Assembly: GCA_029855935.1 (NCBI GenBank)
Contig: JAGSHN010000018.1
Coordinates: forward strand, 1-64,000
DNA: 64,000 nucleotides
Origin: Candidatus Thorarchaeota archaeon
GTDB taxonomy: Archaea > Asgardarchaeota > Thorarchaeia > Thorarchaeales > Thorarchaeaceae
Direction of reading: 5' to 3'
Shown: in pieces, positions 29,737-39,979 of the stretch
Position numbering within the stretch: position 1 is the first letter of the stretch
How the letters are laid out: every line of letters starts with the position of its first letter
Notes under the pieces: model-generated
Database searches by the model: none
The model's input: only the letters and a program-made list of their open reading frames with translations
Told to the model about the DNA's origin: nothing
Position numbers and translations under genes: made by a program

Positions 29737-29738
29737 CT

Positions 29739-30341
29739 TTACTCACCATCCCCTTCTGAGACTGTGTTCGCTTCGGAGCTGGGACTCGCACTCCCGTCAG
29801 ACTCGTGACGGTTCACACATACAAGTGCAGGTCGTAGGACCTTCTCTCGGAGCATATACCCGTGCTGATACACCTCAACGACTATGCCATCCGGCTGGTC
29901 AGGGTCATTGACCTTGTTGACCGAGTGCTGATAGTATGGATCAAATGGCTTTCCAAGAGGTTCCATCCGGCGCACGCCCTCCTGCGCGAGAAGCGTCTCC
30001 ATCTGCTGTTTTATGGCGGCCACCCCTTCTCGCGCGCCCACAGGATTGCGCTCAAAGTCGACATCAAGGGCTCGTTCGAGGTTGTCGTAGATGTCTAGTA
30101 GCTTGAGGAGTATGCCCTCGCTGGCATAGCGGCGGGACTCCTCGAACCGGGCATCCATACGCTTGCGATAGTTGTCAAAGTCGGCCTGCAGCCGCTGGAG
30201 GCGTTCAAACAGTTCGTCGGCACGTCTCCGGTGAACCTCCGCCTCACTCTCTGGCACCAGTTCAAATGCCTCCTCATTGTCCTCGTCCCCGTTGGCCGGA
30301 GTGGGCTCCAGTTTGCGGTCCTCGTCGTTCTCCTGTGACAT
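29739..30341 (-). CDS. grpE: Nucleotide exchange factor GrpE
   Basis: [39 protein letters not shown]. The start is trimmed to ATG 30341. Confidence 0.94.
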   Translation of the reverse strand: MSQENDEDRKLEPTPANGDEDNEEAFELVPESEAEVHRRRADELFERLQRLQADFDNYRKRMDARFEESRRYASEGILLKLLDIYDNLERALDVDFERNPVGAREGVAAIKQQMETLLAQEGVRRMEPLGKPFDPYYQHSVNKVNDPDQPDGIVVEVYQHGYMLREKVLRPALVCVNRHESDGSASPSSEANTVSEGDGE

Positions 30342-30557
30342 CCTTGGCACACTCTGCCTACCTGTCTGTCCGTCTGTCAGTGATGAAACAAGCACAGAAG
30401 CCATCCAGACCGTGAAGTTGTCCACAACAGCCTATAGAGCGGCTGGCTCCCTCGGTGACTCAGAGCCGAGAATCTGAAAAACGAAGAAAAAGCTTTCGAC
30501 ACTACCAAAGCGTCACGACCGAAAACAACAAGTTGGCTCAATGAGGCCCACTATCTT

Positions 30558-31304
30558 ATGACCTTCGAAGAGGACTTCCTTCGGGCAAAGGAGATGATCG
30601 AGAGGGCGGAGAAAATCTGTGCCCTGACTGGTGCGGGCATCAGTGTAGACTCGGGTATACCAGACTTCAGGTCAGAGGGTGGTCTGTGGAGGCGCTACGA
30701 CCCTCTGGAATACGCCACATACGAGAGCTTCCTCGAAGATCCTAGCAAGTTCTGGACAATGGGCAGAGAGCTTGCAAGAGTCATCCTTGATGCAAAGCCG
30801 AATGACGCGCACCTTGCCCTTGCCGAGCTTGAGAGACGTGGCAAGCTGATAGGAATCATCACACAGAACATCGACAATCTGCATCAAGCGGCGGGCAGCA
30901 AGAAGGTCATAGAGCTTCACGGGAACTATCTGAGGGCGTACTGTATGAAGTGTGGGAAGGTCTACGTGGGGGAGGAGGTCCACAGAAGAGTTGTGAATGG
31001 TGAGATCCCACCACACTGCGATGCCTGCGGCGGCGTTCTCAAGTCCGAATCGATTCTCTTCGGTGAGCCGCTTCCTGAGAAGGCGATGTCCGAGGCTATA
31101 GAGCTGTGCAGGAAGACCGACCTGATGCTCGTTGTCGGGACCAGCCTGACAGTCTATCCGGCCGCGTATCTTCCACAGCTGGCGAAGGACCACGGTGCCA
31201 AGGTGATCATCATCAATCTCCACGGTGGCAACCGTGATGGCGTTGCTGACATCGTCTTAGAGGGGAGAGCCTCGGTCATCTTGCCACAGCTTGTCGACAG
31301 CTAA
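30558..31304 (+). CDS. cobB: NAD-dependent protein deacylase (sirtuin)
   Basis: TGAGISVDSGIPDFR, TQNIDNLH, ELHG, zinc ligands CMKC/CDAC, FGE.LP and GTSL.VYPA. Confidence 0.94.
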   Translation: MTFEEDFLRAKEMIERAEKICALTGAGISVDSGIPDFRSEGGLWRRYDPLEYATYESFLEDPSKFWTMGRELARVILDAKPNDAHLALAELERRGKLIGIITQNIDNLHQAAGSKKVIELHGNYLRAYCMKCGKVYVGEEVHRRVVNGEIPPHCDACGGVLKSESILFGEPLPEKAMSEAIELCRKTDLMLVVGTSLTVYPAAYLPQLAKDHGAKVIIINLHGGNRDGVADIVLEGRASVILPQLVDS

Positions 31305-31362
31305 GATACGCGCGGATTTCAAGGGTACATAGACGCGCTGCACGCCGACTGGACAGGCATCC

Positions 31363-31698
31363 CTATGCTGCCGGGAAAAAGACCCATGAGTACACTGCCA
31401 GAATACCAGGCATCAGGAGCACGCCGAAGAAGATTGTGACCAGGCCTAGATAGTGCTGGTTGTGGTCAATGAGCCAGAGACCCAGATACGAGTAACCGTA
31501 CGATATGACACAGGCCGTGAATCCGAGGACAATCACAGGCAGGAGCGGAAAGGCAACGGCAAGGAAGCCCCCGGCATGGGTCCATAGTAGACCGATGTTC
31601 AAAATCACGAAAAAACCTCTCACGACGAGATAGTCCAGAATCGAGATAATGAGTCCGACTTGCGAGAATGTCAGACGTGCCGATAGGCTCATGGTCAC
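31363..31698 (-). CDS. Hypothetical small membrane protein
   Basis: 111 aa with about 3 hydrophobic segments. A GAGGTG SD precedes the start, and the ORF fills an intergenic gap. Confidence 0.65.
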   Translation of the reverse strand: MTMSLSARLTFSQVGLIISILDYLVVRGFFVILNIGLLWTHAGGFLAVAFPLLPVIVLGFTACVISYGYSYLGLWLIDHNQHYLGLVTIFFGVLLMPGILAVYSWVFFPAA

Positions 31699-31818
31699 AC
31701 CTCAGCGCACTGGAACTCTGCAGTGCGGGTATTTATCCTCTCCGAGGCCTTGTCGGCCGGAACTGGGGACGGGAGTAAGTGAAAACAACTATAGGCACTC
31801 GGGAGTTGGCGTTAGGAG

Positions 31819-32781
31819 ATGATGGACATCACGTGGACGGTATCCTCAATGGCGCAGCTGGCAGTGCTACTTGAGGTCAGTGCGCCGAAGCCCGGAAACG
31901 TTAACAGGGGAGCAGATTTCTCTGACACCGGATACAGACACTTTCTGGCCAGCGCGGCTCTAATGGGTGAGGGTATCTACACAGCGGCACAGAGAGGAGT
32001 AGCAGTTTCGCGCGGAGAGCTCTCTGCGTCTGATGTCCGGGCGGGACAGACTATCCTCGACATAACGAAAGCGGTCTGCGGCGGGATTGTCTCCAAGAAC
32101 ACCGTGTTCGGGACGGTTCTGCTGTACGTTCCTCTTGCAGTCGCAATGGCCGCCACTATCGAACGCAACTGCGGTGTGGATCCTGAGGCGGTGTCAACGA
32201 CTGTGGACACCATACTGTCTGCGACGACCGTGCAGGACACTCTGGACCTCTTTGTGGCCCTTCGCCTCGTTGCCCCCAGAGGCGAGATGAACAAACAGGT
32301 GCCAGATTGGAGCGATCACCACGACAGGTATGACATCTACAACCCGGAAGTATTCGAGAACATAACTACGGACAGGCTGACGCTGGACCGCCTGTTGAGA
32401 GAGTCCTCATCAGTGGACAGGATCTGTCGCGAACTCTCAACCAGATACCGTACCGTCCTGTTCGAAATTGTGCCAAGGCTCAGGGAGCGCATGTCCGGCG
32501 TTGACAACGCAGAGGAGGCAATCGTGGACGTATTCCTCTGGCAGCTGGCCCGGGAACCGGACTGGCATATCGTCCGACGAGCGGGACTTGAGCAGGCACA
32601 GGAGGTAACACGGAGAGCAGCTCAGATAGTTGAGGGAGAAGGGACTGCGCTCGACAGTCTGAGAAGACTTGATGCCCTTCTCAGAAGCAATGGGAACCTC
32701 CTCAATCCGGGCACCACGGCCGACTTGGTGTCGGCTGGTGTCTTCTACAGGCTCGTAGAACTCGCTCTCAACAACCAGTAG
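31819..32781 (+). CDS. citG: Triphosphoribosyl-dephospho-CoA synthase (archaeal CitG-like)
   Basis: LEVSAPKPGNV, NT..G..LL..PL, D.HIVRR.G, NPGTTADL. Confidence 0.88.
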   Translation: MMDITWTVSSMAQLAVLLEVSAPKPGNVNRGADFSDTGYRHFLASAALMGEGIYTAAQRGVAVSRGELSASDVRAGQTILDITKAVCGGIVSKNTVFGTVLLYVPLAVAMAATIERNCGVDPEAVSTTVDTILSATTVQDTLDLFVALRLVAPRGEMNKQVPDWSDHHDRYDIYNPEVFENITTDRLTLDRLLRESSSVDRICRELSTRYRTVLFEIVPRLRERMSGVDNAEEAIVDVFLWQLAREPDWHIVRRAGLEQAQEVTRRAAQIVEGEGTALDSLRRLDALLRSNGNLLNPGTTADLVSAGVFYRLVELALNNQ

Positions 32782-32790
32782 ACCGCACAA

Positions 32791-32976
32791 TCAGCCGAGA
32801 AGACCCGAAAAGATTATGGCGGCCATGGCGAAGAGTAGCAGACCAGTGGGTATCAGCATTATCTTCCCCTCCATACGTCTTGCCTGTCGGACCTCATTCC
32901 GGGGACCAAAGTAGTAGGCGAGGAGGAGAACAGCACCCAGTACCGCAATCGTTACAGCAAGCGCTTCGTGAGCCAC
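32791..32976 (-). CDS. Hypothetical small two-TM protein
   Basis: Two hydrophobic helices separated by a basic loop. GTG 32976 follows a GAGGAG SD. Confidence 0.65.
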   Translation of the reverse strand: MAHEALAVTIAVLGAVLLLAYYFGPRNEVRQARRMEGKIMLIPTGLLLFAMAAIIFSGLLG

Positions 32977-33063
32977 GTGATACACTCCTCTTGGTTGGGT
33001 CGATGTCTCCTCACGCTTGCCCGGGGAGAAAAGAGTTACGAAAGAAGAGATGACACAGGGGCC

Positions 33064-33339
33064 TCACATCAAGACCTGTCTGAAGACGTGCTCGTACTTC
33101 ATCCTGAGCTCTCTGGCTCGCTCCGCGTCGACGTAGTAGAGCGGCTGCCTCATGTCCTGCAGATTGGGTACCTTGTGGCACAGCTTATGACGGACCAGTT
33201 TGCGGAGCGCAAAAGAGACCGTCCTAGGAGCCAAGTCTACCTTCTCAGAGATGTCCTTGGGAGTCATCGGACCATCTATTTGAAGCCTGTGAAGAACGAT
33301 TATCGCACTTCGAGGAAGCTCCAATGACACCGTTACCAC
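33064..33339 (-). CDS. Winged-helix transcriptional regulator (MarR/ArsR-like)
   Basis: LP.SA..V...L...GPMT.K.I.....LAPRTV.FAL..L...L......P...DMRQ.LYY, an archaeal wHTH pattern. Confidence 0.85.
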   Translation of the reverse strand: MVTVSLELPRSAIIVLHRLQIDGPMTPKDISEKVDLAPRTVSFALRKLVRHKLCHKVPNLQDMRQPLYYVDAERARELRMKYEHVFRQVLM

Positions 33340-33482
33340 CCGTTGTTCTGGGTACCCAGCCCAAGAACTATTCCTCCTACGCGTTATTTAAGCGCTGCCG
33401 TTGACGCACACGGCGGCGATGGGTTGAAATCGCTCAACCTGCTGACCAGACAAGGGCGGAGCAGCAAACAGGAGGCCACGAA

Positions 33483-34472
33483 ATGGCGTCAAGAGTGTTT
33501 GTCACACGAGAGATTCCCGGGACAGGACTGCAGATGATAGGCCAGCATTTCGATGTCTCAGTCTGGCCACACGAGAGACCTCCTACAAGCGAGGAGATCG
33601 TCTCAGCGGCCCAAGGATGCGAGGGCCTCGTCACCCTCCTGTCAGACAACATCGACAGCGGAGTCATCGATGCTCTCCCCAGGCTGAGGGCCATCTCCCA
33701 GTATGCCGTCGGATACGACAACATCGATGTGGAGTATGCGACCAAGAGAGGCATAATCGTAACGAACACTCCGGGGGTGCTGACGGAGACCACAGCAGAC
33801 TTGGCGTGGGCGCTTCTGCTGGCGGCGTCACGCAGAGTCGTGGAGGCTGACAGATACGTCAGAGCCGGAGAGTGGCGAGTGGCGTGGGGGCCCACTCTCC
33901 TTCTGGGGCGGGACGTCTATGGAGCCACCCTAGGCATCGTGGGTATGGGCCGCATCGGGTTTGCCGTGGGAAGGCGCGCAACGGGGTTCAACATGAGAGT
34001 CCTCTACACGTCCCGTTCGGACACCAAGATCACACGCCGTGCGGAGAATGAACTTGGGGCGAAACGTGTGGATCTCGACACGCTGCTGCGCGAGTCTGAC
34101 TTTGTGTCACTGCACGTCCCCCTCACCCCCCGGACAAGACACCTGATAGGTAAGAGGGAGCTCGGCCTGATGAAGCCAACGGCAGTCTTGGTAAACACAT
34201 CTAGGGGGGCCGTCGTCGACGAGAGAGAACTCGCCCGCGCACTCTCTGAGAGAAGAATTCGTGCAGCAGGACTAGATGTCTTTGAGAGAGAGCCGATCCC
34301 GTTGGACAGCCCCCTCCTTGGACTGGACAACGTTGTTATCGTGCCCCACATCGGGAGCGCGAGCGTCGAGACCAGGTCGAAGATGGCACAGATCTGCGCT
34401 GAGAATCTCATCGCGGCGCTCTCGGGTCAGAGACCCAAGTACGCTGTCAATCCTGAGGTCTTCGAGAGATAA
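33483..34472 (+). CDS. gyaR: Glyoxylate reductase / D-glycerate dehydrogenase (D-2-hydroxyacid dehydrogenase)
   Basis: [54 protein letters not shown]. Confidence 0.93.
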   Translation: MASRVFVTREIPGTGLQMIGQHFDVSVWPHERPPTSEEIVSAAQGCEGLVTLLSDNIDSGVIDALPRLRAISQYAVGYDNIDVEYATKRGIIVTNTPGVLTETTADLAWALLLAASRRVVEADRYVRAGEWRVAWGPTLLLGRDVYGATLGIVGMGRIGFAVGRRATGFNMRVLYTSRSDTKITRRAENELGAKRVDLDTLLRESDFVSLHVPLTPRTRHLIGKRELGLMKPTAVLVNTSRGAVVDERELARALSERRIRAAGLDVFEREPIPLDSPLLGLDNVVIVPHIGSASVETRSKMAQICAENLIAALSGQRPKYAVNPEVFER

Positions 34473-34628
34473 CTGGTTCCGGTAATTGTACGCGACCGCA
34501 CCATTCTGAGACTGCTCGACCATAGTATGAGGCAGCCGTCTCACCAAGTCTCCGTTGCGCAGCCGGGGAATTGCTATGGTCTACGGATGAGGTGAACTGG
34601 AGCCCACTCCCGACTGCTCAGGAGAGGT

Positions 34629-34665
34629 GAGAGAAAAAGAAAGGGTGTGGGGGACTTTCGTCCCC
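34629..34665 (-). terminator. Putative intrinsic terminator of the large subtilase gene
   Basis: On the minus strand, GGGGAC-GAAA-GTCCCC forms a hairpin 15 nt after the stop and is followed by CTTTCTTTTTCTCTC. Confidence 0.6.
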
Positions 34666-34680
34666 GCTATGCTACCACGC

Positions 34681-37600
34681 CTATCGCTTCTTGATCAGGA
34701 ACAGGATCAAGATGACGACGACACCGACGCCGATACCGCCGAGCAGTCCAATGATCAGCGGATCGATACCCGGTGCGGGTGGCGGTGTAGTCGTGGTGGT
34801 TGTAGTCGTGGTGGTTGTGGTCGTGGTTGTCGGAATCGTGGTGGTTGTCGGCGTGTATCCACCAGCAGTGAAGCTGCTGGAGTACGCCACGTCGGACAGA
34901 CCCATCCAGTAGTCGCCCTGACCCGCAGTCGGGTTGACGGCCGGATCGTTGTCATAGACCCTGACCCTGACCACGTACGTGCTGAGGTGCTCGAACGGGG
35001 TGCTGTCCCAGACGTAGAACGTCTGAGTCAGATTGACGGCCAGCAGCTGGTACGTCTCACCACCGTCCTTCGAGACAGACACCTCGAAGTACAGGTCGTC
35101 ACCTGTGTTCCTGTCGTAGGCGTCCCAGGTGATGTTGACAAGGTTGCCAGTGATATGGGTCTGGACGTTCGACACGTCGGGTGCGAAGAAGTTCGCAAAG
35201 GTCAGTGACGCGTAGTTGATGTCGAACGCGATGTTGGTCTGAGTGAGAGCGCTGATCTGGACGGAGAACGTACCGTTCTTGAGGAACTGGTAGGTGTCGT
35301 AGGTGACACTCCGCCCAGTCTTGACTATGTCAGTACCAACACGAGTGTCGACAGTCAGCTTGTACTGACCAGTTGACAGGTCGTAGTCGAAGATACCGAC
35401 CATTATCGCACCGTCGTGGTCTGCAACGAACGAGCCGTGCTCGGGCTTGTTGCCAGTAGCCATCTGGCTACCGAGCAGGTTGTTCGCGTATGACCACGTG
35501 CTGTTGTCGGAGTCAGCCCACCAGGCCATGATGTCACAGTCACCATTGGTGAAGTCAACGGTCACTCTCACGGTGTCGCCAGCCTTGATGCCCTCGACCC
35601 TCTCCCAGGCAAACTGATCCAGCTGGATTGTGCCCGAGAATGGGTTATAGTTCGAGTCGGGGACGACAAGGTCGCCGATGTGTTGGTAGTAAACACCTGA
35701 CAGGAACGACACGGTGGTCTGTACCACCTCGTACTCAGGCATGTTTGGCAGATTGAACTGTGGGAATGTGGCGTTGACCACAGCGTGGTCACCAACAATG
35801 GTGTCGCCATCCGTTATTGGCACTGGGCTGGTCACGTCGTTGGCCGTGTAGGTGAAGATCAGATCACCCGCGCCACCAGTCAGCTGCTCGTAGACCATGA
35901 CCTCCAGCGTGTAGTTGACCGGCAGCATCACCGTGCCGTTCAGCCGGTTGGGATGCACGAAGATGTAGTAGTAGCCCACCGGACTGGTCATGTCGCTGAG
36001 GTCAGCGATCAGAGCTGTGCTGGTCGGTGTCAAGGCGTCGCTCGTCGCAATGGCCGCGCCCGTGGTGCTAAGGACCTCGACATGCATGTCGTTGCCAGTG
36101 TCAGCCCACTCAACGCGGACACCGAGGTATCCGGCCGTGTCGTACGGGTTGTAGACGACAAAGCTGCGGAAGTCCCAGTCGTCCGGATCGCTGTCCATGC
36201 ATCCGTAGACAGGGCTGTCGTATGGTGTCAGCTCAGCACCGAATCCGTTGACAACAGTGTTGACGTCGGTCACATTGGCGCTGAGGTTGGCCACGACCAT
36301 GTAGCTGTAGGGCAGCCTGAGAGAGTAGCCACCCTTGGCCAAGTTGATGTAGCCCTGGTGGATGCCAGCCTCGGCATCGTTAGGCACTGTCAGCGTGAAG
36401 TTCAGGCTGTTGTCAGTGCCTGGTGCCTGAATGGAGATCTCGGACGATGATACCTCCTCCCAGAAGATCACCGTCACGGTGAAGTTGTGGCCGGTTGCAT
36501 TCAGGTCCTCATCGAACACTGGGTCGTGAATGACCAGTGTCATGTTTCCGCTGAGTGCCGCAGCCAAGCTGGACCCGCTGACTGCAAATGGCATCATGTT
36601 GGTCGCGCTTGGGTCACTTGCGCTGGTGAGCCTGTGCAGCTCATTGCCGTCGGTGCCGTTCCAGAGGTTCGGATATCCGTCCGTGACGTTGTTGTCCTCC
36701 CAGTCATAGAGGAACATCCACGGCTCGGCTCCAGCGACCTCTGCGCTGTCAAATGCCACGCCAATTGTGACATAGCTGTAGGTTCCCATGTCTGTGTCGT
36801 AGACAGATGGCGTCAGCTGGTCACGCAGGTTGTAGAAGCCATAGGCCATGTCACCACTGACGTTTGCGTCAGTGTACCAGAAGGTTGTGTTCTCGAAGGT
36901 GTAGCGCTTTGCCATCTTGTAGTGCGTGGCACTGCTCACCCAGCCAGTACCATCGTCCAGCGTGCTGAAGAAGTCGCCGTAGATCTTCTGATGCACGGTG
37001 ACAGTTGCTCCAGGCCATACCTGGCCGAAGAAGACAGAGCCTTCCCACAGGTTGGTCGGATATGCGACTTCGGAGTTGTTCACAAACACGCCGAGGTAAG
37101 AACTAGGCAACACACCCCAGTAGTCCCACGCGTCCTGCATGAGAGCAGCGTGGTTCGCGAACGAGTCAGTGGAGTATGACACCCAGCCGTTGTTGTTTAC
37201 GGCGAAGTCGATCGCCTTTGCGGCGTTTATCCTTCCGAAGCCCTGTGTTGCAGGATCATAGCCGAGGTCGTCCGCAGTCTGCTGCAGTATCATCTTGGCC
37301 TGTGGTCCGGTGATTCCAGATGCCGCCTCGTAGAGGAGTGCAGCAACACCAGCTGCCACGGGAGCAGCCTGGCTGGTACCCGCGAAGAGGGTGTACTGCA
37401 TGTCATAGCCAGCCGTCTTGTCCCACCACTGACCAGCAGACCAGAACTGCGCGCAGTACGGAGCGTACCACGGGACTGCCGCGTAGCCGGCAAGGCCTGG
37501 TGCAAGCACGTCAGGCTTCACGTAGCCAGACACCAGCGGACCCTTGCTTGTGAAGCTGGCAATACCCTCGTAGGGCTGCGTTGGACCGTAGAGGTACTCC

Positions 37601-39504
37601 AGCCAGTGGCTCGACGTGGACGCACCAATAGTCAGCACTGCAGGTGATGAGCCAGGTGGCCCAATAGTCATGAAGCCGGCACCCTCGTTTCCTGCAGAGA
37701 ACACGTGCAGGATACCAGGATAGCTGCTATCGAGGATTCCTGGCGTGGAGAGTATGGTCCAGGTCATTGACAGATAGTCAAACTCGCTGTACGGCTCCGT
37801 GATCCAACCCCAAGAGTTGGTCACGAGGTCAGACTGGTGATTGCCAGTGTAGTAGAACTCACCGCTTGTCGCGTTGTAGTCGAAACCACAGACCCACAGG
37901 TAGGCACCGTAGTCGTCGCCTCTTGTGAGGGCTCTGGCGGAGATTATGTCCGCATCAGGAGCAATACCTGGCAGAGTGAAGTTCTGACCAGTGTCCTCAT
38001 TCTGGTAGGTCAGCACACCAGCTGACGCCACGTGAGAGGCGGTCGCCGTACCGTGGGTACCGGCATCGAAGTACAGTGAGAGGGCGGTACCGTTCTCGAA
38101 GTGGTAGAACCCGTCAATGTAGGCGGGATAGCCGAAGTCCTGTAGCCAGCCCGGCACGAAGCCAGAGGCAATGGCACCCAAGCTGAAGTCGTCGATACCG
38201 TCACCGTCGAAGTCGTGTGCGACAATCGGGTGGCTCTCGTCATAGATCTCACCGGCCGCGATCTCGTCTGTGAAGTCCCAGTCGAAGGTCGCGATGATGT
38301 GGTATGCATCAATGATGTTGGTGAGATCGTACGACTCGTAGTAGAAACCACCAGTCCAGAACTTGTTCCAGCCGTTGGCGTCGTCCCAGTTGATGACAAC
38401 CGCCCAGTCGTTCGTGCTCGTGTAGTTGAACACGATTGCTGGAGCGAAGAGCTTTGCATATGGGTGGAACCGCTGCTGCATGACCCAGTTGATGTAGTAG
38501 TCACCATTGACTATCGATGGGTCAGGCATCTTCCAGTCGTTCCAGAGATAGTTCTGGATCAGGTTGTCTGCACCCTCGATACCCCAGTAGTAGGCGTAGA
38601 GATAGACGAAACCAACCCTGTGGACGTACGGGGTGTTCGCATCACCATCGCCTATCAGGTACCTCGGGCCAGCCTCACCGCTGTAACCGTAGTTCAGCAG
38701 CGGGTCCCAACCAGTCACATTCAGATAGAGGGCGCTATCCGAACCAGTGTAGGTGAGTAGGTGGTACGGATCTGCCAGCCACTCCGTCGCATTGACAACA
38801 GTACCGTTAGCGATGTAGAATGCCGGTACAACACCGTAGCCTGATGGGTCAAAAGCACCACCAAAGGCATGCTGAAGCTCGGGGTTGCCGAAGTCAGCAC
38901 CAGTGTCGATGTGACCAACCTTGACGCCAGTACCGTCGTAGTTGGTTGCAGGAGCAGTTGTCGCACCGACAACCTCCTTGATCTTGTACATGTCCACACC
39001 GACGCCTGGCTGTGAGGTGTCGCCGGTCATCCTTGCAAGGTCGTCAGCCACATTCAGCTTGAACAGGTCAGCCTCGATTGAGCTGACGCCGTTCACCCTG
39101 GCCAGTGCGTCGAGGGCATCAGTGTTGGGGATGTACACGTTCCAGACCTTGAAGAATCCAAGGTCCGCCTTCCAGTGCACCTCGACAATATCCGCCACTG
39201 CGTCGACATCGGCCCACGGGGTCATGACGACGAGCGCGCGGACGCGGCCATCAGGGCTTGTGACGACCCTGTCGCTTAGCACTCCCGAGTCAATCCAGCT
39301 GGCCAAGGCATTGTCAATCTTGGCCGTATAGCCCGGCTGCGCAACGTTGTCATACCATTGCTGCAGCGTGTCTCGGGCCTCTGGACTGAGCTGAGGAGCG
39401 CTGGCCGGTTCTGCTGTCGTTATGGGAGCAGCTGGAGCCAGCAGCATAGTCAGGCTCAGCGCTGCCATAAGAAACAGAACTGCCGCTGTTCTTATCTTGT
39501 TCAT
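34681..39504 (-). CDS. Large secreted, C-terminally anchored S8 serine protease (pyrolysin-like)
   Basis: Signal peptide; triad HIDTG / HGTATA / GTSQAAP; oxyanion SAGNEG; ~280-aa insert between Asp and His; beta-rich C-terminal domains; poly-Thr linker; TM helix + KKR. Confidence 0.92.
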   Translation of the reverse strand: MNKIRTAAVLFLMAALSLTMLLAPAAPITTAEPASAPQLSPEARDTLQQWYDNVAQPGYTAKIDNALASWIDSGVLSDRVVTSPDGRVRALVVMTPWADVDAVADIVEVHWKADLGFFKVWNVYIPNTDALDALARVNGVSSIEADLFKLNVADDLARMTGDTSQPGVGVDMYKIKEVVGATTAPATNYDGTGVKVGHIDTGADFGNPELQHAFGGAFDPSGYGVVPAFYIANGTVVNATEWLADPYHLLTYTGSDSALYLNVTGWDPLLNYGYSGEAGPRYLIGDGDANTPYVHRVGFVYLYAYYWGIEGADNLIQNYLWNDWKMPDPSIVNGDYYINWVMQQRFHPYAKLFAPAIVFNYTSTNDWAVVINWDDANGWNKFWTGGFYYESYDLTNIIDAYHIIATFDWDFTDEIAAGEIYDESHPIVAHDFDGDGIDDFSLGAIASGFVPGWLQDFGYPAYIDGFYHFENGTALSLYFDAGTHGTATASHVASAGVLTYQNEDTGQNFTLPGIAPDADIISARALTRGDDYGAYLWVCGFDYNATSGEFYYTGNHQSDLVTNSWGWITEPYSEFDYLSMTWTILSTPGILDSSYPGILHVFSAGNEGAGFMTIGPPGSSPAVLTIGASTSSHWLEYLYGPTQPYEGIASFTSKGPLVSGYVKPDVLAPGLAGYAAVPWYAPYCAQFWSAGQWWDKTAGYDMQYTLFAGTSQAAPVAAGVAALLYEAASGITGPQAKMILQQTADDLGYDPATQGFGRINAAKAIDFAVNNNGWVSYSTDSFANHAALMQDAWDYWGVLPSSYLGVFVNNSEVAYPTNLWEGSVFFGQVWPGATVTVHQKIYGDFFSTLDDGTGWVSSATHYKMAKRYTFENTTFWYTDANVSGDMAYGFYNLRDQLTPSVYDTDMGTYSYVTIGVAFDSAEVAGAEPWMFLYDWEDNNVTDGYPNLWNGTDGNELHRLTSASDPSATNMMPFAVSGSSLAAALSGNMTLVIHDPVFDEDLNATGHNFTVTVIFWEEVSSSEISIQAPGTDNSLNFTLTVPNDAEAGIHQGYINLAKGGYSLRLPYSYMVVANLSANVTDVNTVVNGFGAELTPYDSPVYGCMDSDPDDWDFRSFVVYNPYDTAGYLGVRVEWADTGNDMHVEVLSTTGAAIATSDALTPTSTALIADLSDMTSPVGYYYIFVHPNRLNGTVMLPVNYTLEVMVYEQLTGGAGDLIFTYTANDVTSPVPITDGDTIVGDHAVVNATFPQFNLPNMPEYEVVQTTVSFLSGVYYQHIGDLVVPDSNYNPFSGTIQLDQFAWERVEGIKAGDTVRVTVDFTNGDCDIMAWWADSDNSTWSYANNLLGSQMATGNKPEHGSFVADHDGAIMVGIFDYDLSTGQYKLTVDTRVGTDIVKTGRSVTYDTYQFLKNGTFSVQISALTQTNIAFDINYASLTFANFFAPDVSNVQTHITGNLVNITWDAYDRNTGDDLYFEVSVSKDGGETYQLLAVNLTQTFYVWDSTPFEHLSTYVVRVRVYDNDPAVNPTAGQGDYWMGLSDVAYSSSFTAGGYTPTTTTIPTTTTTTTTTTTTTTTPPPAPGIDPLIIGLLGGIGVGVVVILILFLIKKR
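34786..34852 (-). repeat. ACN-codon low-complexity tract encoding a poly-Thr linker
   Basis: PTTTTIPTTTTTTTTTTTTTTT immediately before the membrane anchor. Confidence 0.85.
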
Positions 39505-39979
39505 TTTTCCTCAGTCTCCTCACATGTTGACACCGAGAACTGCAAGTGCACTATATGGTGCACTCTCTTGCGATAATGAACCTCCAATCCTCCGAGGCGG
39601 TTGCTCCGCCTCAAGAGCCAATCTCCTCGTTCGCGTTCTCCGGTATCGGGTGTGATTGTTGGTGTTCAGGAACTCGGTCATTATTAAGGATTGCGACTCA
39701 TAGAGAGGCCACTCCAACTCAATATCCATCAGATTCCGTAGTCGGCGTGCGATTGCTGATATCTAGCTGTGCACAGTCGGATATCATAAATACTCATTTA
39801 ACGAATATATTAAAGATGGGGGGAGGGGTGTCGAGACGAGAACGCAACACCCGTAGTGGCATAAACAAGAGGCGACAATCGAAACGGGGGAAACGTGTGG
39901 TAGTGATTCAGGGAGGAGCGGGAGGTTGACATAGTGAAGAGAGGCGGTCGCCCAGACGGACGACCTGAGGGAGAAACAC

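Noticed and set aside
30342-30557. CIRCE heat-shock operator upstream of grpE
   Set aside because: No TTAGCACTC-N9-GAGTGCTAA-like inverted repeat is present.
34786-34852. GTN/ACN trinucleotide runs (also 54335-54443) as possible microsatellite or phase-variation tracts
   Set aside because: The mixed Thr codons encode poly-Thr linkers and are not pure slippage-prone repeats.
35785-38760. Long plus-strand ORFs (e.g. 35785-36450, 36487-37179, 38215-38760) opposite the large subtilase
   Set aside because: These are antisense shadows expected from strong GC3 codon bias and carry no protein motifs. The same applies to similar shadows over dnaK, the P-type ATPase and other genes.
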